In this document: piece after piece, positions 8,872 to 16,859 of the stretch
Numbering within the stretch: position 1 is the first letter of the stretch
Layout of the letters: each line of letters starts with the position of its first letter
Notes under the pieces: generated by a model
What the model saw: the letters and a program-made list of their open reading frames with translations, nothing else
The model's database searches: none
What the model was told of the DNA's origin: nothing
Translations under genes and position numbers: made by a program
From: Geminicoccaceae bacterium
Lineage (GTDB): Bacteria > Pseudomonadota > Alphaproteobacteria > Geminicoccales > Geminicoccaceae
DNA: 24,000 bases
Assembly: GCA_025999455.1 (NCBI GenBank)
Contig: AP024683.1
Coordinates: 2,520,451 to 2,544,450, forward strand
Direction of reading: 5' to 3'

Positions 8872-9762
8872 TCAGCGCGGGCTTTCGCCCAACAGGATCC
8901 GCCGGAACGCCTGGGCCGGCGGCGGCAGCCGACGATGGGCGCGGTAGACGAGGTACCAGACCCGGAGGATCGGGAAGCCCTCGACCGGTAGGACGACGAG
9001 CCGACCGGTGGCAAGCTCGAGCTCCACCGTCTGGGCCGAGATCACGGCGAGACCGAGGCCGGCCTGGACGGCCTGTTTGACCGCCTCGTTCGTCTCGAAC
9101 ACGCAGGAGGTTTCGAAGCCGAGCCCGTGGGCGGCGAAGAGCCGCTCCATCGCCGCTCGGGTCCCGGAGCCTTGTTCGCGGACGACGAGCGGCTCCCGCA
9201 CGAGCCGGGCGAGCGGGATCGGCGCCCGGGCCAGGAGCGGATGGCCGGGCGGGGCGATGACGACGAGCGGGTTGTCCTTGAACCGCTGGGCCACGAGCTC
9301 GGCGTCCTCGGACGGCCGGCCGGTCACCGCGAGATCGGCCTCGCCGGCTTCGAGGGCGGCGAGCACGCTGTCGCGATTGGCCACCTGCAGTGCCACGGCG
9401 ATGCCGGGATATTGGCGGCGATAGGTGGCGAGGATGGGGGCGAGGAAATAGTTCGCGGTCGACACGACGGCGAGCCGCAAGACGCCGCGCTCGAGACCGC
9501 GCATCTGCCCGGCCGCCTCCTCGAGATCGGCCGTCGCCTGGACGATCCGGCGGGCATGCTCGGCGAGCTCGCGACCGGCCGGGGTCAAGACGATCCGCCG
9601 CCCGATCCGCTCGAGGAGCGGCAGGCCGAGGCTCTCCTCGAGATGGCGGACCGACATCGACACCGCCGGCTGCGTGAGATGCAGCTCCTGAGCGGCGCGG
9701 GTGATCGAGCCGTGCCGAGCGACCGCGTCGAGGACCCGGATCTGGCGGAAATCCGGCGGCAT
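8872..9762 (-). CDS. cbbR: LysR-family transcriptional regulator CbbR
   Basis: HTH 'IRVLDAVARHGSITRAAQELHLTQPAVSMSVRHLEESLGLPLLER' plus a LysR substrate-binding domain. Divergent from cbbL across 137 bp. Start taken as the internal ATG 9762 ('MPPDFRQIRVL'), which gives the usual position of the HTH. The ORF-track start at 9870 would extend into the AT-rich intergenic region. Confidence 0.85.
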   Translation of the reverse strand: MPPDFRQIRVLDAVARHGSITRAAQELHLTQPAVSMSVRHLEESLGLPLLERIGRRIVLTPAGRELAEHARRIVQATADLEEAAGQMRGLERGVLRLAVVSTANYFLAPILATYRRQYPGIAVALQVANRDSVLAALEAGEADLAVTGRPSEDAELVAQRFKDNPLVVIAPPGHPLLARAPIPLARLVREPLVVREQGSGTRAAMERLFAAHGLGFETSCVFETNEAVKQAVQAGLGLAVISAQTVELELATGRLVVLPVEGFPILRVWYLVYRAHRRLPPPAQAFRRILLGESPR

Positions 9763-9899
9763 GGACGATGGATAAACCGGCCTTATGTTAGCTGCAACGA
9801 ATTCTGATTGGTCCGGCGCCGCGCCGGGCGCTACCAGCTTCGCCGAGCGAAGTTCGACAAGAGCCCGCATGGGCGGGCCGGAGCGAGGCGGAGGGTGCG
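9763..9899. promoter_or_regulatory. cbbR-cbbL divergent control region with LysR-type T-N11-A box
   Basis: The only AT-enriched stretch in the window. ATAAACCGGCCTTAT (9772-9786) has inverted arms ATAA/TTAT and contains T-N11-A (TAAACCGGCCTTA). GGAGGG (9890-9895) precedes the cbbL GTG at 9900. No confident -35/-10 could be assigned. Confidence 0.45.
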
Positions 9900-11321
9900 G
9901 TGGCCCCCAAGGCGTACGAAGCTGGCGTCAAAGATTACGCGAAGACCTATTGGGTTCCCGACTACGTCCCGCTCGACACGGACATCCTCGCGATCTTCAA
10001 GGTCGTGCCGCAGCCGGGCGTGCCGCGCGAAGAAGCCGCGGCGGCGGTCTGCGCCGAATCGTCGACCGGTACGTGGACGACGGTGTGGACCGACCTCCTC
10101 ACCGATCTCGATTATTACAAGGGACGCGCCTACCGGATCGAGCCGGTGCCGGGCGATCCGAACGCGTTCTACGCCTACGTCGCCTATCCGATCGACCTCT
10201 TCGAAGAGGGCTCGGTCGTCAACGTCCTCACCTCGCTCGCCGGTAACGTCTTCGGCTTCAAGGCGGTGCGCAGCCTGCGACTCGAGGACGTGCGCTTCCC
10301 CCTCGCCTACGTGAAGACCTGCGGCGGGCCGCCCAACGGCATCCAGGTCGAGCGCGATCGGCTCAACAAATACGGCCGGCCGCTGCTCGGCTGCACGATC
10401 AAGCCGAAGCTCGGGCTTTCGGCCAAGAACTACGGACGCGCGGTCTACGAAGCGCTCCGCGGTGGTCTCGACTTCACCAAGGACGACGAGAACGTCAACA
10501 GCCAGCCCTTCATGCGCTGGCAGCACCGCTTCGAGTTCGTCATGGAAGCGGTCCGCAAGGCCGAAGAAGAGACGGGCGAGAAGAAGGGGCATTATCTCAA
10601 CGTCACCGCGCCCACGCCCGAGGAGATGTACAAGCGCGCCGAGTTCGCCAAGCAGCTCGGCTCGCGGATCATCATGCACGACTTCTTGACGGCGGGCTTC
10701 ACCGCACATACCGGGCTCGCCAATTGGTGCCGTGAAAACGGAATGTTGTTGCACGTGCACCGGGCGATGCACGCGGTGATCGACCGCAATCCCCTGCACG
10801 GCATCCATTTCCGCGTGCTCGCCAAATGCTTGCGCCTTTCCGGTGGTGACCATCTCCACTCCGGCACGGTCGTGGGCAAGCTCGAGGGCGACCGCGAGGC
10901 GACGCTCGGCTGGATCGACCTCATGCGCGAGCCCTACGTCCCCGAGAACCGCGCCCGCGGCATCTTCTTCGAGCAGGATTGGGGCTCGATGCCCGGGATG
11001 TTCCCGGTCGCCTCGGGCGGCATCCACGTCTGGCACGTCCCCGCGCTCGTCACGATCTTCGGCGACGACTCGATCCTCCAGTTCGGCGGCGGCACGCTCG
11101 GCCATCCTTGGGGCAACGCCGCCGGCGCGCACGCCAACCGCGTCGCGCTCGAGGCCTGCATCGAAGCCCGCAACCAGGGCCGCCAGGTCGAGCGCGAGGG
11201 CCGCGACATCCTCATGGAAGCCGCCAAGCACAGCCCGGAGCTCGCGATCGCGCTCGAGACCTGGAAGGAGGTCAAGTTCGAGTTCGACGTGGTCGACAAG
11301 CTCGACGTGCAGCGCGCCTGA
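9900..11321 (+). CDS. cbbL: RuBisCO large subunit, form IA (green-type, carboxysomal)
   Basis: 473 aa. '[19 protein letters not shown]' (carbamylated Lys), '[13 protein letters not shown]', '[10 protein letters not shown]', '[15 protein letters not shown]', '[11 protein letters not shown]', '[14 protein letters not shown]'. N-terminus '[17 protein letters not shown]' and C-terminus '[16 protein letters not shown]' match form IA. GTG start. Confidence 0.97.
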   Translation: MAPKAYEAGVKDYAKTYWVPDYVPLDTDILAIFKVVPQPGVPREEAAAAVCAESSTGTWTTVWTDLLTDLDYYKGRAYRIEPVPGDPNAFYAYVAYPIDLFEEGSVVNVLTSLAGNVFGFKAVRSLRLEDVRFPLAYVKTCGGPPNGIQVERDRLNKYGRPLLGCTIKPKLGLSAKNYGRAVYEALRGGLDFTKDDENVNSQPFMRWQHRFEFVMEAVRKAEEETGEKKGHYLNVTAPTPEEMYKRAEFAKQLGSRIIMHDFLTAGFTAHTGLANWCRENGMLLHVHRAMHAVIDRNPLHGIHFRVLAKCLRLSGGDHLHSGTVVGKLEGDREATLGWIDLMREPYVPENRARGIFFEQDWGSMPGMFPVASGGIHVWHVPALVTIFGDDSILQFGGGTLGHPWGNAAGAHANRVALEACIEARNQGRQVEREGRDILMEAAKHSPELAIALETWKEVKFEFDVVDKLDVQRA

Positions 11322-11360
11322 GGCCCATCGACGAGCGGTTGCTGAGCAGGAGATCGAGTC

Positions 11361-11699
11361 GTGCCGGAGATGCAAGCTTACGGGGCGGGTAAACAACGCT
11401 TCGAGACGTTCTCCTACCTGCCGCAGATGACGCCCGAGCGGATCACCAAGCAGGTGACGTACCTGATCAATCAAGGTTGGACACCGGCGATCGAACATTG
11501 TGAACCCGAGCGAGCGCATCTTACCTATTGGTACATGTGGAAATTGCCGATGTTCGGAGTTTATTCGGTCGAGAAAGTCCTCGCCGAAGCCGAAGCTTGC
11601 CACCGCGCCCATCCTGGCCATCTCGTGCGGCTCGTGGGCTACGACAATTTCAGCCAGTCGCAGGGTACCGCTTTCGTCGTCTATCGCGGCGGGCGTTGA
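11361..11699 (+). CDS. cbbS: RuBisCO small subunit (form IA)
   Basis: 112 aa. '[15 protein letters not shown]', 'GWTPAIEH', '[11 protein letters not shown]', 'VRLVGYDN', 'FVVYRG'. AGGAG lies 8 nt upstream of GTG 11361. Confidence 0.95.
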   Translation: MPEMQAYGAGKQRFETFSYLPQMTPERITKQVTYLINQGWTPAIEHCEPERAHLTYWYMWKLPMFGVYSVEKVLAEAEACHRAHPGHLVRLVGYDNFSQSQGTAFVVYRGGR

Positions 11700-11727
11700 G
11701 ATCGTCGGTGCGGGGGAGGCCTTGGTG

Positions 11728-13686
11728 ATGAGTGCCGGAGCGATCGTGCCGACCGGCCGCGCGGCGTCGATGGAGCGTCGCCGGGCGCTCTCGCAAGGTA
11801 AACGCGCTCTTCCACCGCCTCGGGAGCGGGTGCGGACCGGCTTCCGCGAGGCCGCATTGCCGACCGTCGACGCCCGTCCCACCTCGCAACCCGTGAGCGC
11901 GCCCACGGTCTTGGCCGCGTCCGTGGCGACGGCGGTGTCGGTTCCGGTCGCGGTCGGCCGCCGGGCCTCGATGCTGCGCCGTCAGGCCCTCGTGCGCGGC
12001 AAGTCGGCGCTCGTTCCCGACGGCGCCGCGACCTCCTCGTCCGTACGCAACGGCTCCGCTCCCTCCCCCGATCGTGGGAAGATCGAAATCCTGCCGCCCG
12101 AGCGTGGCGAGGAGGAGAACTGCACCTCCTGCCGGGCCATCGCCAAAGCTCGCCGCGCCGAGCTCGCGCGCTTCGGGCGTGGCTCGGCCGAGCAATCGAA
12201 CGGGAGCAACGCCCATCGCCTGCGCTACGCTCCCAAGGTCGTGGCCGTGACGACCGAGGGCGAGCAGCGTGTCACGGGCATCCGGATCGGCCACGCGGCA
12301 CGCGTCACCGGCGTCGAGGCGGGGCTCGGTAAGCCGATCTCCGGTACACCCTACATCGGCCCGGACGAGGGGGCGACGACCCGCGGCACCGCACCCAAAG
12401 TCGGCGTGGCGCGCACCGAGGGGGGGCAGATCGTCTCCGGAACCCTCGTGCGCAGCCGGGTCGCGATCACGGGTGACGAAGCGGGTGCGCGGATCAAGAT
12501 CACGGGCGAAGTCGACCCGCGTCCGGACGACGACCTCACCCCGCGCGAGCGCGTGAGCGGGTTCGGACTGGCCCAGTTCCAGCGGCAAGCCGACCCGCAC
12601 GGTCACTCGGTGTTCGGGACCAATCTCGGCCGGTCGGCGCGGATCGTGGGCTCGCGATCGCGCGACCGCGAAAGGCCCGTCGAGGTGACGCTCGGTGGCC
12701 AGCCGGTGACGGGTACCGCGGTCGGGCGCAGCCCGAGGGTGACCGGTGACGAACCGGGCTCCTGTCGGATGCTGACCGGTACGCAATACCTCGCCCCCGC
12801 GCGCGCCGTCCTCGCCTGTGCGCCGGACGGGCAGGCCGATGGCGCGCTGTTGCCGCGACCGGACCCGGTGACCGGCGGCAAGGTGCGCGAGGCGCTCACC
12901 TGGCGGGGTCAGCGCGTCACCGGTCCGGAGTTCGAACAGGAAGAGCTCGTCACCGGGACCGAGCCCGGGACTTGCAGCCCCGTCACCGGCACCCCCTATC
13001 AGGGCCCGATCTCGGTCGCCCGTTGGTGCGCGCCGCGCACGGCCGGTGCGATCGCGCAGCGCCTCGTCCGCAACGGCCCCGTGCGGATCACGGGCGACGT
13101 GCCGCTGAGCGCACCCGAACGGGTGAGCGGGATCGAGCGCGGCGCCGACCGGTTCGTGAGCGGCACGCCTTATTACGAGGTCCCCGCTCTTCCCGCACCG
13201 AACGGTGAGACACCGGCCCTGCCCGCGCCGAGCGGCTTCTCGATCACGACACCGCACCGCCAGGCGATGCTCGAGGCCCCCGAACGAGCGGCGCGGCGAC
13301 CCAAGATCACGGGCTCCTTCGCGATCGGCGAGGGCAAGGTCACGGGCCATCTCGACTTCGGCTTCCGCCCGCGGCTCCTCGTTTCCGACAATCCCGGCCA
13401 CCGTGTCGGCGAGCGTCCGCGGATCACGGGCGAAGGCCGGACTCAGGGTTTCCGCATCACGGGTGACGCTTGGCGCGACGATCCGCGCGTGACCGGCACC
13501 GAGGGGACGAGTGCCGCGGTGCGCAATCCGAGCGAACGCGACGGCGAGCGCAAGACCTTCGCCCACAGCTCCGTCTTCAAGAGCAAAGGTAAGGACGAGC
13601 CGCCGCGCAAGCTCGTCACCGGTGTGATCGGCTGGACGCCGAAGTCCGCCGCGATCGTGACGCTCTCGGGCGGGGCGCAGGGATGA
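11728..13686 (+). CDS. csoS2: carboxysome scaffold protein CsoS2
   Basis: 652 aa from ATG 11728 (GGAGG at 11714-11718). Three basic N-terminal RuBisCO-binding-type motifs: 'GRAASMERRRALSQGKRAL', 'GRRASMLRRQALVRGKSAL', 'CRAIAKARRAELARFGRGS'. The middle and C-terminal regions are full of V(T/S)G triads ('RVTGIRIG', 'RVTGVEAG', 'ISGTPYIG', 'RVTGDEPGSC', 'PVTGTPYQG', 'ITGEGR', 'RITGDAW', 'RVTGTEG'). Lies immediately after cbbS. Confidence 0.9.
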   Translation: MSAGAIVPTGRAASMERRRALSQGKRALPPPRERVRTGFREAALPTVDARPTSQPVSAPTVLAASVATAVSVPVAVGRRASMLRRQALVRGKSALVPDGAATSSSVRNGSAPSPDRGKIEILPPERGEEENCTSCRAIAKARRAELARFGRGSAEQSNGSNAHRLRYAPKVVAVTTEGEQRVTGIRIGHAARVTGVEAGLGKPISGTPYIGPDEGATTRGTAPKVGVARTEGGQIVSGTLVRSRVAITGDEAGARIKITGEVDPRPDDDLTPRERVSGFGLAQFQRQADPHGHSVFGTNLGRSARIVGSRSRDRERPVEVTLGGQPVTGTAVGRSPRVTGDEPGSCRMLTGTQYLAPARAVLACAPDGQADGALLPRPDPVTGGKVREALTWRGQRVTGPEFEQEELVTGTEPGTCSPVTGTPYQGPISVARWCAPRTAGAIAQRLVRNGPVRITGDVPLSAPERVSGIERGADRFVSGTPYYEVPALPAPNGETPALPAPSGFSITTPHRQAMLEAPERAARRPKITGSFAIGEGKVTGHLDFGFRPRLLVSDNPGHRVGERPRITGEGRTQGFRITGDAWRDDPRVTGTEGTSAAVRNPSERDGERKTFAHSSVFKSKGKDEPPRKLVTGVIGWTPKSAAIVTLSGGAQG

Positions 13687-15242
13687 CGGCACCGATCCCG
13701 CTCGGACGCCCGGGCGCGTTCGGCCGGAGCCGGTTCCGGCCCGCTTCGCGGCCCGTCGCCCCGGTCGCTCCACGCATCCGGTCCGTCGCGAACGGGCGGG
13801 CGCCGCTGTTCGCCCCGAGCGGCCATCCGCTCGCCGAGCCCGCGATCAGCGCCGCCCTCGCCCGCCGCGCCGAGGAGATCGATCGAGCCTTCGCGGCGAT
13901 CGAGCCGGTGCTCGTCACGCTCGCCCCGCGCCAGTTCGAGCCGGGCTTCGCCGAGCGGGCCGCGGCCGAGATCGCGAGCGTGCTCGGGGTCGGCGTCGAG
14001 CCGGCGCGCCTCGAGGCCACGTGGAACCGGCCGCTCGACATGGTGGCCCTCCAGGCGAGCCTCGTCCTCCGCACGTTCGCCCGGCTCGTCGAACGCACCG
14101 CCGCGCGGCCGCCCGCGGTCGAGGAGGGGGAGCCCGTGGCGGAGGTCGTCCGCCGCTTCGGCTTCCACGGGGTCGACGTCTCGACCTGCGCCGACGGCAG
14201 GCTCGGCGGGCTGCTCGACCACGTGCTGCGGGTCCCGCCGGCGATCGTCGTCGCCCGCAAATCCTTCGCGGGGGCGATGTTCGACGTCGAGGAGGCGATC
14301 GCCCGGTTCGAGCGCGTCGAGCTCGGCCGCTGGCGCGAGGGTCGCCCGAACCCGGCGAGCGAGCCGACCCGCTATCTGAAGCTCGGCGTCTACCATTTCT
14401 CGAGTCTCGACCCGCAGCACGAGGGCTGCGCCGCGCACGGCAGCGACGAGCGGCGGGCCGCCGCCGCGCTGCTCGCTCGGCTCCACGACTTCGCCGAAGC
14501 CGTGGCGCGACGGCACGGTGAAGCTACGCGGCCGGCGATCTTGCTCGTGGGCGTCGACACCGACACCGATTCGATCCGGGTCCACGTGCCGGATCCGGCC
14601 GGGGAGATCGATCTCGACCGGTACCTGTCGAGCGCCGAGCTGCACGCCGCGACCCGCGAGCTTTCGCGCGAGGCGGCCAAGGAGGAGATCCGCCGGCGCG
14701 TGGCCGCGTCGATCGGGGTCGCCCCGGACGATCCCGCGACCGAGGGGATGCGCTGGTTCTGCGGGTATCTCTTGAAGAACAACATCGCCCAGGTCGAGGC
14801 GGTGCTCGCCCGCTTCGGCGGTCCCTATCCCGACCGCGGCCACGAGGAGCGGCTCGTCGTCGTGGGCGACCCGATCGACGACGTCCAGCTCCGCAACCTC
14901 GCCTTCCAGGCGCAGATGCGCTCGATCGAAGAGGGCGAAGGTGACCTCGCGGTCGGCATCCGGATCTTGGGCGAACGGCTGGCACCGGCCGGGCTCGCGG
15001 TGCCGATCCTGGTGCTGCGGACCTTCGAGGGCGGCCTGCCCGGAGCGGCCGATCGCGCCGCGGAACGGGCACAGCTCATGCGGCGGGCCGTCGAGCGACG
15101 CTTTTCCGGCACGGGCAGCGCGCCGCGGATCCTGGTCGAGGCCGCGATCCGCGCGGCCGAAGGCGGGTCGCTCCGCTTCCTGTCGCGTGACGTGGTCCGG
15201 GCGAACGGGTGCTCTTGCGCTCAGCGAGAGGGGATCGGATGA
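13683..15242 (+). CDS. csoS3: carboxysome shell carbonic anhydrase CsoSCA (CsoS3)
   Basis: 519 aa. ATG overlaps the csoS2 stop (ATGA 13683-13686). Zinc/catalytic motifs 'STCADGRLGG' (CxDxR; Cys codon 14187-14189) and 'YHFSSLDPQHEGCAAHGSD'. Canonical position after csoS2. Confidence 0.9.
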   Translation: MTAPIPLGRPGAFGRSRFRPASRPVAPVAPRIRSVANGRAPLFAPSGHPLAEPAISAALARRAEEIDRAFAAIEPVLVTLAPRQFEPGFAERAAAEIASVLGVGVEPARLEATWNRPLDMVALQASLVLRTFARLVERTAARPPAVEEGEPVAEVVRRFGFHGVDVSTCADGRLGGLLDHVLRVPPAIVVARKSFAGAMFDVEEAIARFERVELGRWREGRPNPASEPTRYLKLGVYHFSSLDPQHEGCAAHGSDERRAAAALLARLHDFAEAVARRHGEATRPAILLVGVDTDTDSIRVHVPDPAGEIDLDRYLSSAELHAATRELSREAAKEEIRRRVAASIGVAPDDPATEGMRWFCGYLLKNNIAQVEAVLARFGGPYPDRGHEERLVVVGDPIDDVQLRNLAFQAQMRSIEEGEGDLAVGIRILGERLAPAGLAVPILVLRTFEGGLPGAADRAAERAQLMRRAVERRFSGTGSAPRILVEAAIRAAEGGSLRFLSRDVVRANGCSCAQREGIG

Positions 15243-15523
15243 AGATCTTCCAAGTCGAGCGGACGTTGGTCGCGACCGCGCGCATCAGCCAACTCGAGAA
15301 CCGGCGGCTCCTCGTCGTCAAGGAGCGCGGCGGCGGTCGCCAGGTCGCGGTCGACCCGGTCGGCTGCAAGCCGGGTGACTGGGTCATCGCGGTGGGCAGT
15401 TCGGCGGCCAAGGACGCCGCCGGTCACAAGGACTATCCGAGCGATCTGACGATCGTCGGCATCATCGACTACTGGGAAGAAACACCGCCGACGACGCCGG
15501 CCCGGGTCAAGGAGTTCGCCTGA
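15239..15523 (+). CDS. csoS4A: carboxysome vertex pentamer protein CsoS4A (EutN/CcmL family)
   Basis: 94 aa, 'MKIFQVERTLVATARI...VAVDPVGCKPGDWVIAVGSSAA...LTIVGIIDYW'. ATGA overlap with the csoS3 stop (15239-15242). Confidence 0.9.
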   Translation: MKIFQVERTLVATARISQLENRRLLVVKERGGGRQVAVDPVGCKPGDWVIAVGSSAAKDAAGHKDYPSDLTIVGIIDYWEETPPTTPARVKEFA

Positions 15524-15783
15524 TGCACATCCACCGGGTCGTCCGCGATCTCGTGACCACGAAGCGTCTCGGCACCTTGCAGGCCAAGAAGCTCAAGGTG
15601 CTGGTCGACGCCAAGGGCGAGTACGACGTCGCGGTCGATCCGATCGGCTGCAAGCCCGGCGATTACGTCATCAGCATCGGCTATTCGGCGGCGCGCATCG
15701 CCGCGGGCGATCCGCGCATCACGACCGATCTCACGATCGGCGGCATCATCGACCACTGGAGCGAGGAAGAGTGGCGAAGGTGA
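15523..15783 (+). CDS. csoS4B: carboxysome vertex pentamer protein CsoS4B (EutN/CcmL family)
   Basis: 86 aa, 'VAVDPIGCKPGDYVISIGYSAA...LTIGGIIDHW'. TGATG overlap with csoS4A (15521-15525). Confidence 0.9.
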   Translation: MHIHRVVRDLVTTKRLGTLQAKKLKVLVDAKGEYDVAVDPIGCKPGDYVISIGYSAARIAAGDPRITTDLTIGGIIDHWSEEEWRR

Positions 15784-15848
15784 CCGATCCGCCGGCGCCC
15801 GCGGGGCCGCCGGCCGAAATCCAGCGGAGCGAGGAAAAGGAGCGAACC

Positions 15849-16148
15849 ATGGCCAGCGAGAGAACCGGCATCGCCTTGGGGATGATCGAGACGCGCGGGC
15901 TCGTCCCGGCAATCGAGGCGGCCGATGCCATGACCAAGGCTTCGGAAGTGCGGCTCATCTGCCGCCAGTTCGTGGGCGGCGGCTACGTCACGGTGATGGT
16001 CCGCGGTGAGACGGGTGCGGTCAACGCCGCGGTCCGGGCCGGGGCGGACGCTTGCGAGCGGGTCGGTGACGGTCTCGCCGCCGCGCACATCATCGCCCGC
16101 CCGCACGCCGAGGTCGAGCAGATCCTTCCGACCACGCCCACGCTTTGA
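15849..16148 (+). CDS. csoS1: carboxysome major shell hexamer protein CsoS1 (BMC-H), copy 1
   Basis: 99 aa from ATG 15849 (AAGGAG 6 nt upstream). 'GIALGMIETRGLVPAIEAADAMTKASEVRLI...GGGYVTVMVRGETGAVNAAVRAGA' is the BMC domain. The ORF-track start at 15771 adds a non-conserved Pro/Ala leader that copy 2 lacks. Confidence 0.92.
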   Translation: MASERTGIALGMIETRGLVPAIEAADAMTKASEVRLICRQFVGGGYVTVMVRGETGAVNAAVRAGADACERVGDGLAAAHIIARPHAEVEQILPTTPTL

Positions 16149-16190
16149 GGAGGGTCGGTCGCATCGTTCGCGAACGGGGGAAAGCTCTCG

Positions 16191-16535
16191 ATGGCTACGA
16201 GCGAAAGGAACGGTATCGCTTTGGGGATGATCGAGACGCGCGGGCTCGTCCCGGCGATCGAGGCGGCCGATGCCATGACCAAGGCTTCGGAGGTGCGGCT
16301 CATCTGCCGCCAGTTCGTGGGCGGCGGCTACGTCACGGTGATGGTCCGCGGTGAGACGGGTGCGGTCAACGCCGCGGTCCGGGCCGGGGCGGACGCCTGC
16401 GAGCGGGTCGGCGACGGCCTCGCTGCGGCGCACATCATCGCCCGCCCGCACCCCGAGGTCGAGCAGATCCTGCCCAAGAGCCCGACGCTCGACGGCGGCG
16501 GTCGCGACAGCGAGGTGACCGGCATCCGCAGCTGA
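16191..16535 (+). CDS. csoS1: carboxysome major shell hexamer protein CsoS1 (BMC-H), copy 2, with about 15-aa C-terminal tail
   Basis: 114 aa. BMC domain is identical to copy 1 except 'HPEV' in place of 'HAEV'. Extra tail 'LDGGGRDSEVTGIRS'. Confidence 0.92.
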   Translation: MATSERNGIALGMIETRGLVPAIEAADAMTKASEVRLICRQFVGGGYVTVMVRGETGAVNAAVRAGADACERVGDGLAAAHIIARPHPEVEQILPKSPTLDGGGRDSEVTGIRS

Positions 16536-16539
16536 GACG

Positions 16540-16569
16540 GGAGCGGTCGGCCTCCGGGCCGACCGCTCC
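16540..16569 (+). promoter_or_regulatory. intercistronic GC-rich stem-loop after the shell genes
   Basis: Perfect 13-bp stem GGAGCGGTCGGCC (16540-16552) / GGCCGACCGCTCC (16557-16569) with loop TCCG. It starts 5 nt after the csoS1 stop. No U-tract follows. The next gene's GGAGG (16579-16583) and ATG (16590) follow. Confidence 0.6.
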
Positions 16570-16589
16570 GCGCGACGGGGAGGGGCCCC

Positions 16590-16859
16590 ATGGCGACGAG
16601 TGACGAGCCCGAGGGCTGGGAACGGATCGGCCGCAACCGATCCCTCTTCCGGCGGTTCGAGTTCAGCGCCTACAGCGAGACGCGGCTCTTCTTGGAGCGG
16701 CTCGCGGCCCTCTCGGAGCGGACCGGCATCCATCCCGATCTGAGCTTCGGGCCGAAGCACGCCAACGTCACCGTGCACGGCGCTCGAGGCGAGCCGGGTG
16801 CCGAGGAGGTGGCCTTCGCTCGCGAGGCCACCCGGCTAGCCCGGCCCGACGAGCCGTGA
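16590..16859 (+). CDS. pterin-4a-carbinolamine dehydratase-like protein (acRAF-type alpha-carboxysome RuBisCO assembly factor)
   Basis: 89 aa PCD/DCoH fold pattern 'FEFSAYSETRLFLERLAALSERTGIHPDLSF...ANVTVH'. The PCD catalytic 'HHP' reads 'IHP' and the later 'THD' is lost, as expected for the non-catalytic carboxysome-associated PCD-like proteins. Location directly after csoS1 is typical. Confidence 0.78.
   Translation: MATSDEPEGWERIGRNRSLFRRFEFSAYSETRLFLERLAALSERTGIHPDLSFGPKHANVTVHGARGEPGAEEVAFAREATRLARPDEP

Larger units (their letters stand above)
15849..16535 (+). repeat. tandem csoS1 gene duplication (period about 342-345 bp)
   Basis: 15948-16051 and 16293-16396 are 104 bp of perfect nucleotide identity. 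Flanking coding sequence differs only at scattered, mostly synonymous sites. Confidence 0.85.

Noticed and set aside
9831-11906. 691-aa ORF on the minus strand antisense to cbbL/cbbS
   Set aside because: It lies entirely opposite two unmistakable, highly conserved RuBisCO genes. The translation is low-complexity, Arg/Ala/Gly/Asp-rich, with no recognisable motif. It is a typical stop-codon-poor antisense frame in high-GC DNA.
12394-12400. CCCAAAG heptamer inside csoS2 as a possible -1 programmed frameshift site (CsoS2A/B isoforms)
   Set aside because: - In the zero frame the codons are CCC AAA G.., not the X XXY YYZ register needed for tandem slippage.
- It lies early in the middle region (about residue 223), not near the C-terminal domain boundary.
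- I see no obvious strong downstream structure.
- The -1 frame stops at about 12477, which would remove most of the scaffold.
11650-13773. 707-aa minus-strand ORF antisense to csoS2
   Set aside because: Same high-GC artefact. The plus-strand frame carries the diagnostic CsoS2 repeats, and the antisense product is Arg/Gly/Ala-rich without motifs.
13443-14843. 466-aa minus-strand ORF antisense to csoS3
   Set aside because: It lies opposite a gene with clear CsoSCA catalytic motifs, and nothing is recognisable in the antisense translation.
15771-15848. Extended N-terminus (GTG 15771) for csoS1 copy 1
   Set aside because: The extension 'AKVTDPPAPAGPPAEIQRSEEKERT' overlaps the csoS4B end and is absent from copy 2. 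ATG 15849 has an AAGGAG RBS at ideal spacing and gives the canonical BMC-H N-terminus.
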